Shown piece after piece: positions 59,977 to 64,000 of a DNA stretch of 64,000 nucleotides. Numbering within the stretch: position 1 is the first letter of the stretch; every line of letters begins with the position of its first letter. The notes beneath the pieces were generated by a model that was given only the letters and a program-made list of their open reading frames with translations, ran no database searches and was not told the origin of the DNA. Source of the stretch: Candidatus Rhodoferax randersensis (lineage in GTDB: Bacteria > Pseudomonadota > Gammaproteobacteria > Burkholderiales > Burkholderiaceae_C). The stretch spans positions 16,512-80,511 of the forward strand of contig JADKEH010000041.1 of NCBI GenBank assembly GCA_016718155.1, read 5' to 3'. The position numbers and the translations under genes are program-made.

Positions 59977-60834
59977 TCAAAGTTTGGCGAAGATTTTGGC
60001 TTCTTCGAACAGTGGCGTCAGGTCGCCGAGCGCGGCAATCACCTCGGCGAGCGTGCCGCCCAGGCGCTTTTGCATGGCCGGGCTGAGCTCTTCCACGCAG
60101 GGGTTGCCGCCAAAGCCGAACTGCAGCTTCTTGGCCGTCTGGTTGGCGGCAAAGACGCAGGCGATCATGTCGGTGTCTTTGAGCTCTGGCCCGTGCTGGT
60201 TGGCGATGGTTTCAACCAGGCTCGGTGGAAAGCGCCACTTCTCGACCAGCATGGCGCCTACCACCGCGTGATCGACACCGATCTCGGTGCGCAGCGCTTC
60301 GTGTAGCGAGCTCTCGTGCCACTGGCTGTGTTCGAGCGCTTTGCGAAACTCCTTGGGCATGAACTGGGCAAACACCACCTTGCCAAAGTCGTGCAGCAAG
60401 CCCGCAATGAAGCAATCCATCGGATCCGCATCGTCCACGCGCAGCGCGAGTTGCTTGGCAATGCCGGCCGTGGACAACGAGTGCAACAGGTACTGCTGGC
60501 CATCAAACCCGGCGGCGTTGCTGGCGGGCAGCATGCCAATGGCGGCGATGCCGAGCGCCAGGTTTTTGATGGTGTTGAACCCCAGGTACACCACCGCGTG
60601 GTTGATCGAGGTGATCTGTTTTGGCAGGCTGTAGTAAGCCGAGTTCACCACCTTGAGCACCTTGACCATGACCACCGGGTCTTTGTCGATGACCTGCACC
60701 AAATCCTTGGGCGAGCAGTTGACGTCGCGGGTGAGCTCCAGAATGCGCTGCACGCTTTTGGGAAACGCCGGCATGCCGTCAACGGCTGCTGCCAATTTCT
60801 GGGAAAGTTCGGGGCTCATGGTGTGCATTGTCAA
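59977..60834 (-). CDS. HDOD domain protein
   Basis: 285 aa. …MPAFPKSVQRILELTRDVNCSPKDLVQVIDKDPVVMVKVLKVVNSAYYSLPKQITSINHAVVYLG…LLHDFGKVVF…. Confidence 0.86.
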   Translation of the reverse strand: MTMHTMSPELSQKLAAAVDGMPAFPKSVQRILELTRDVNCSPKDLVQVIDKDPVVMVKVLKVVNSAYYSLPKQITSINHAVVYLGFNTIKNLALGIAAIGMLPASNAAGFDGQQYLLHSLSTAGIAKQLALRVDDADPMDCFIAGLLHDFGKVVFAQFMPKEFRKALEHSQWHESSLHEALRTEIGVDHAVVGAMLVEKWRFPPSLVETIANQHGPELKDTDMIACVFAANQTAKKLQFGFGGNPCVEELSPAMQKRLGGTLAEVIAALGDLTPLFEEAKIFAKL

Positions 60835-61050
60835 TCAATTTGCGCGGGTCTTGACCGCCGCCATGGTCGTGCCTTCAGGTTGCACGCGCGCCCAGCCGAT
60901 GGTCGCGGCGCAGGAGTTTCTGGCACCACGCCGTGTGCGCCTCGATTGCAGCGGCGATTTTCGTCATGGGGCTGTTGGACTGCATGGAGCGAGCGGGATT
61001 GCCAGCGAGATGGGCCAGGGGGCGAACAGCTGGCGGGCGAATGAGACAGC

Positions 61051-62355
61051 TCAGGCGGCCAGGTTGTCGGCCACAAGCTCCAGCAGACTGTCGGTGCGTT
61101 TGTCCCAGTGCGCTTGTTTGGCGCCCATCTCGAGCGTGATGCGGCACTGGCCGCAGCTCGTGACGAAGCGCTTGGCGCCGGTCGCCTCGACCTGCTGGCG
61201 CTTCATCTCAAAAACCTTCTGGCGCAGGGGCGCCGCGCGCTGGTTCGACACCACGCCGCCGCCGCCCCCGCAGCAATATCCGGTGACACCATGGTTCTTG
61301 AGTTCGATCAGCTCGAAGCCGAGCGCCGCCAGCACGCGGCGTGCCGCCGCTTCCAGCCCGCCGCGCCGCACGATCTGGCAGGGGTCGTGGAAAGTGGCGG
61401 TCCCGCCGACCTTGTTCACGCGGATCTGCTTGGAGGCGATCACTTCGTCCAGGAATTCGGTCATGTGAATGATGCGCACTGGCAGCGCCTGCCCATACCA
61501 CTTGGCGGCTTCCCAGCGCGCGGCGCCATAGGCATGGCCGCATTCGGGCAGCAGCACGGTCTTGGCGCCGATCTTCACGGCGGTATCGATCAGCGCGCGC
61601 GTGAGCCGTTCCTGCAATTCCAGGTCACCATTGTTGAAGCCAATGTTGGCGGCGTCGAAGCCGCCCTGGTGCAGGGTCCACTTGGCACCGATGTGGTTGA
61701 GGATTTTGGCGGCGTCAGCCAGCGCCTTGGTGTGCTCGCCCAGTTCGGCCGGCGCGGCCGTGACCAGAATGTCGGCGGCTCCCAAGTCGCAGGGAATCAC
61801 CACGCCGTGCTCGGCGGACACCTCGGCCAGGATGTCGGGCAGGTCTTCGCCGGGCGTGGCGGTGCTGCCCCACTGGCGGGCCGTGCGGTCCATCAGCGCC
61901 AGCCGGTCCGGCAGCAGGCCGGCCTTGAACATGCCGTGGCGGGCTTCCTTCACCAGCTCGGCGATGTCGATACCCATCGGGCAAACCACGGTACAGCGGC
62001 CGCACATGTTGCAGGAGTCGTAGAGCAGTTCCTGCCACTGCTGCAAGTCGGCAATGCTCGGCTTCTTGACCAGCCCAAGCGCGCGCACCAGCGGCGCAAA
62101 CGGGCTGGCCTCGCGCCAGTAGGCGCGGCGCAGAAGCTCGAGCTTGCGAATCGGCGTGTACTTGGCGTCGCCAGTGGTCACATGAAAGTGGCAGGCCTGC
62201 GCGCACAAGCCGCAGTGCACGCAGGACTCCAGGTGCAGCGCGGTGGTAACGCCGAACTCGGACACAAAGCTGCGCATGGCCGCATCGACGCGCGCCTCGT
62301 CACTCTGTGTGCCTTGCTGGTCAAAGGCCGGCGCGGTGGTGGCTAGCGTGTTCAC
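61051..62355 (-). CDS. (Fe-S)-binding oxidoreductase subunit, HdrD/DsrK/GlpC-like (2x[4Fe-4S] + two CCG domains)
   Basis: 434 aa. CVHCGLCAQAC and CNMCGRCTVVCP ferredoxin-type motifs, plus C-terminal cysteine-rich repeats (…LPECGH…, …HDPCQ…, …GYCCGGGGG…). Confidence 0.85.
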   Translation of the reverse strand: MNTLATTAPAFDQQGTQSDEARVDAAMRSFVSEFGVTTALHLESCVHCGLCAQACHFHVTTGDAKYTPIRKLELLRRAYWREASPFAPLVRALGLVKKPSIADLQQWQELLYDSCNMCGRCTVVCPMGIDIAELVKEARHGMFKAGLLPDRLALMDRTARQWGSTATPGEDLPDILAEVSAEHGVVIPCDLGAADILVTAAPAELGEHTKALADAAKILNHIGAKWTLHQGGFDAANIGFNNGDLELQERLTRALIDTAVKIGAKTVLLPECGHAYGAARWEAAKWYGQALPVRIIHMTEFLDEVIASKQIRVNKVGGTATFHDPCQIVRRGGLEAAARRVLAALGFELIELKNHGVTGYCCGGGGGVVSNQRAAPLRQKVFEMKRQQVEATGAKRFVTSCGQCRITLEMGAKQAHWDKRTDSLLELVADNLAA

Positions 62356-63035
62356 AGCTCGACTCCCCGATGGCTGAAACGCATGCCGGTGGCGCCGCGC
62401 GAGAAGACAAACAGAAAGGCGTGCATCAGTTTGCCGAATGGAAACCAGATCAGCAACAGCTCCAGCGTCAGCAGGTGCACGGCCAGCGGTGGCCCGTACA
62501 CCGGGTGATCGCGCGCCAGGATGGCGGCCGAGGGCTCCCCCACCAAAGCCATGCCGGTGAAGACGGGCAGGAAGGTGAGGGTCCAGTTGATCAGGTCATC
62601 GGCGTTGGAGATGCTCTTGCGCACCGGATCGGTCAGGCGCCATAACAGGGCCAGCAACAGCGAAACCATGGTGGCGCCAGCGGCGAAGTACATCACCATA
62701 TCGGGCAAGGCAGGCCACCACAGGCCCGTGACGCGGCGCACGAAAGCAATGTGCGGCGCGTAACCGAAGACCACCAGGGCCAGCCCGATGTGAAAAACGT
62801 AAGCATTGATGCTGGTGACCAGCGCCGCCTGACCAAACACCTTGCGCGGCCACATGCCGCGCACGATGGCGCGCAGCGCACCCACCAGCTTGGGCGGCGC
62901 CCCCGCGCGCGGGGGCGAGCGGTCCCGCATGGCCGGGCGGCGCAGAATGCCGACCAGGCGCCAGAGCGTACCCAACACGAACACAACAAGGGCAACGGTC
63001 AGCGCCGGGCCACGGGCAAATTCCAACAGACTCAT
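62352..63035 (-). CDS. NarI/DsrM-like membrane (di-haem b type) subunit
   Basis: 227 aa from the ATG at 63035 (AAGGAG RBS). Five predicted TM helices with conserved His (…YVFHIGLALVV…, …AVHLLTLELLLIWFPFGKLMH…). Stop overlaps the Fe-S subunit start. Confidence 0.72.
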   Translation of the reverse strand: MSLLEFARGPALTVALVVFVLGTLWRLVGILRRPAMRDRSPPRAGAPPKLVGALRAIVRGMWPRKVFGQAALVTSINAYVFHIGLALVVFGYAPHIAFVRRVTGLWWPALPDMVMYFAAGATMVSLLLALLWRLTDPVRKSISNADDLINWTLTFLPVFTGMALVGEPSAAILARDHPVYGPPLAVHLLTLELLLIWFPFGKLMHAFLFVFSRGATGMRFSHRGVEL

Positions 63036-63256
63036 GGGTCCCGACTCCTTCGCATCGATCACATTCGACGAACCAGCCTGACTCTCTTCGCTTTCGCAAT
63101 CTTCATCATAGGCAAGATTGGGCCGGGCTCCAATCGATTTCGTTCCCGCCATCCGTCAGCCCACGCTGACCGCCCTGCTGGCTGAACGGCACGGCCATTG
63201 CGACGTTGGTCCCGACGCGACCCGCACTGCCGACAACCCCAATCGTTGCCACTGGA

Positions 63257-64000
63257 CTAGGCGAAAGGCCCTTGGCGGCGCCTTGGCCTCTTGTGGGCGA
63301 AATCCTCGGGCTTGAACTCCGCGCGCTGCGCACCGAGTTCCCCTTCGTCGATGCGCTCGGCCAAGCTATCGAGGTCGCCCGGTGTGACGCCAGCGGCCTC
63401 AAAGTGCGCGCGCCAGCCGTCGACCACTGCCACCACCTGAAGCACCTGATCGGCGGCTTTGTCGCGGCTCAGGCCAAACTGCTCGCATTGGGACATTGCG
63501 TTGGCCAGCGTGGAGTCGCCCGCAGCGTCGCCAACAATGAACTCCTGATGGCCCTGGCCGGAGTTGGTGGGCAGCACATCGTAAGCCGGCGACAACCGAA
63601 GCTTGGCACGTTGGTCGTGACCGGTAAACATGAGCGTGTGGTTCTTTTCGTGATCATCCGTGTTGTCCATCAGGATGTTGAACACCATGCGGCGGAACAG
63701 TTCCTGCATGTCGCATCGGTTGGCGTCATGCTGCGTGTCGCCGACGCGGCGCAGCAACTGGGCCAGGGCCGGGTAGCCGAAATCGGGCGGCTGACCGGTT
63801 GGCGCGATCGCGCGCAGCGCGGTACCGGCAGAAATGCAGTGCACTCGCCCAGCCCCGATGCGGTCGTAGCGCTGCACGATCACCGCGTGTTCGGCGGCCA
63901 GGCGCACCGGCTGCGTCGTGGCCACCCGGATGTGTGCCTTGGCTGCCAGTGTCATCGCAGCGTGTTCGATCAGCGGTACGTCCACCGGTTCGCCGTTGAA
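63257..64000 (-). CDS. hipA: HipA-family kinase toxin, C-terminal part (gene runs off window end)
   Basis: …FRRMVFNILMDNTDDHEKNHTLMF…LRLSPAYDVLPT… is the HipA_C catalytic core. The frame stays open upstream to position 64000. Confidence 0.78.
   Translation of the reverse strand, partial: FNGEPVDVPLIEHAAMTLAAKAHIRVATTQPVRLAAEHAVIVQRYDRIGAGRVHCISAGTALRAIAPTGQPPDFGYPALAQLLRRVGDTQHDANRCDMQELFRRMVFNILMDNTDDHEKNHTLMFTGHDQRAKLRLSPAYDVLPTNSGQGHQEFIVGDAAGDSTLANAMSQCEQFGLSRDKAADQVLQVVAVVDGWRAHFEAAGVTPGDLDSLAERIDEGELGAQRAEFKPEDFAHKRPRRRQGPFA

Overview
High-GC proteobacterial chromosome segment. Gene content and order (flhDC master regulator, motAB-cheYZ, flhBAF-fliA, fliE next to fliFGHIJKLMN) suggest a Burkholderiales/Comamonadaceae-type betaproteobacterium; this is an inference only.

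Layout:
- 1-28 kb: an almost contiguous flagellar regulon. It runs fliN<fliM<fliL<fliK<fliJ<fliI<fliH<fliG<fliF, then >fliE, then <fliT<fliS<fliD<fliC1, >fliC2, an inserted hipBA toxin-antitoxin pair, and >flhD>flhC>motA>motB>cheY>cheZ>flhB>flhA>flhF>flhG-like>fliA.
- 29.7-37.4 kb: secreted lipase plus its foldase, an orphan gspF, a 5'-nucleotidase, queC, one unknown ORF and a pilU-like ATPase.
- 37.4-42.6 kb: accessory patch with a zinc-ribbon ORF, an adenylate-forming enzyme, a deletion-scarred relic copy of that locus, parDE, and an AmmeMemoRadiSam pair.
- 42.7-50.9 kb: a five-gene, translationally coupled c-di-GMP / two-component operon.
- 50.9-60 kb: single genes and small operons, each separated by clusters of one palindromic REP-like repeat family. 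These are a REC-only regulator, a NarL-type HK/RR pair, a GIY-YIG nuclease, a UPF0175/PIN toxin-antitoxin pair, a CheB-CheR-PAS fusion and an HDOD protein.
- 61-64 kb: a DsrMK/HdrDE-like membrane Fe-S pair and a second hipA.

No rRNA, tRNA, CRISPR array, transposase or integrase was recognised.

Three things are not explained by ordinary annotation:
1. Five blocks of near-pure G/C (and some A/T) homopolymer sequence lie at gene ends or inside a gene; the largest is 1.7 kb, directly after fliA. They look non-biological and are probably consensus or assembly artefacts, but this needs read-level checking.
2. Three single-base frameshifts split fliD, fliC1 and a MASE1-GGDEF-EAL gene.
3. The REP-like repeat family occurs at 10 loci, including inside the flhD-flhC spacer and on both sides of a GIY-YIG nuclease gene.

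I found no convincing new multi-gene system such as a defence island. The candidates most worth follow-up are the REP-delimited module mosaic with its GIY-YIG gene, the P-loop-less FlhG homologue, and the degenerate-motif c-di-GMP operon.
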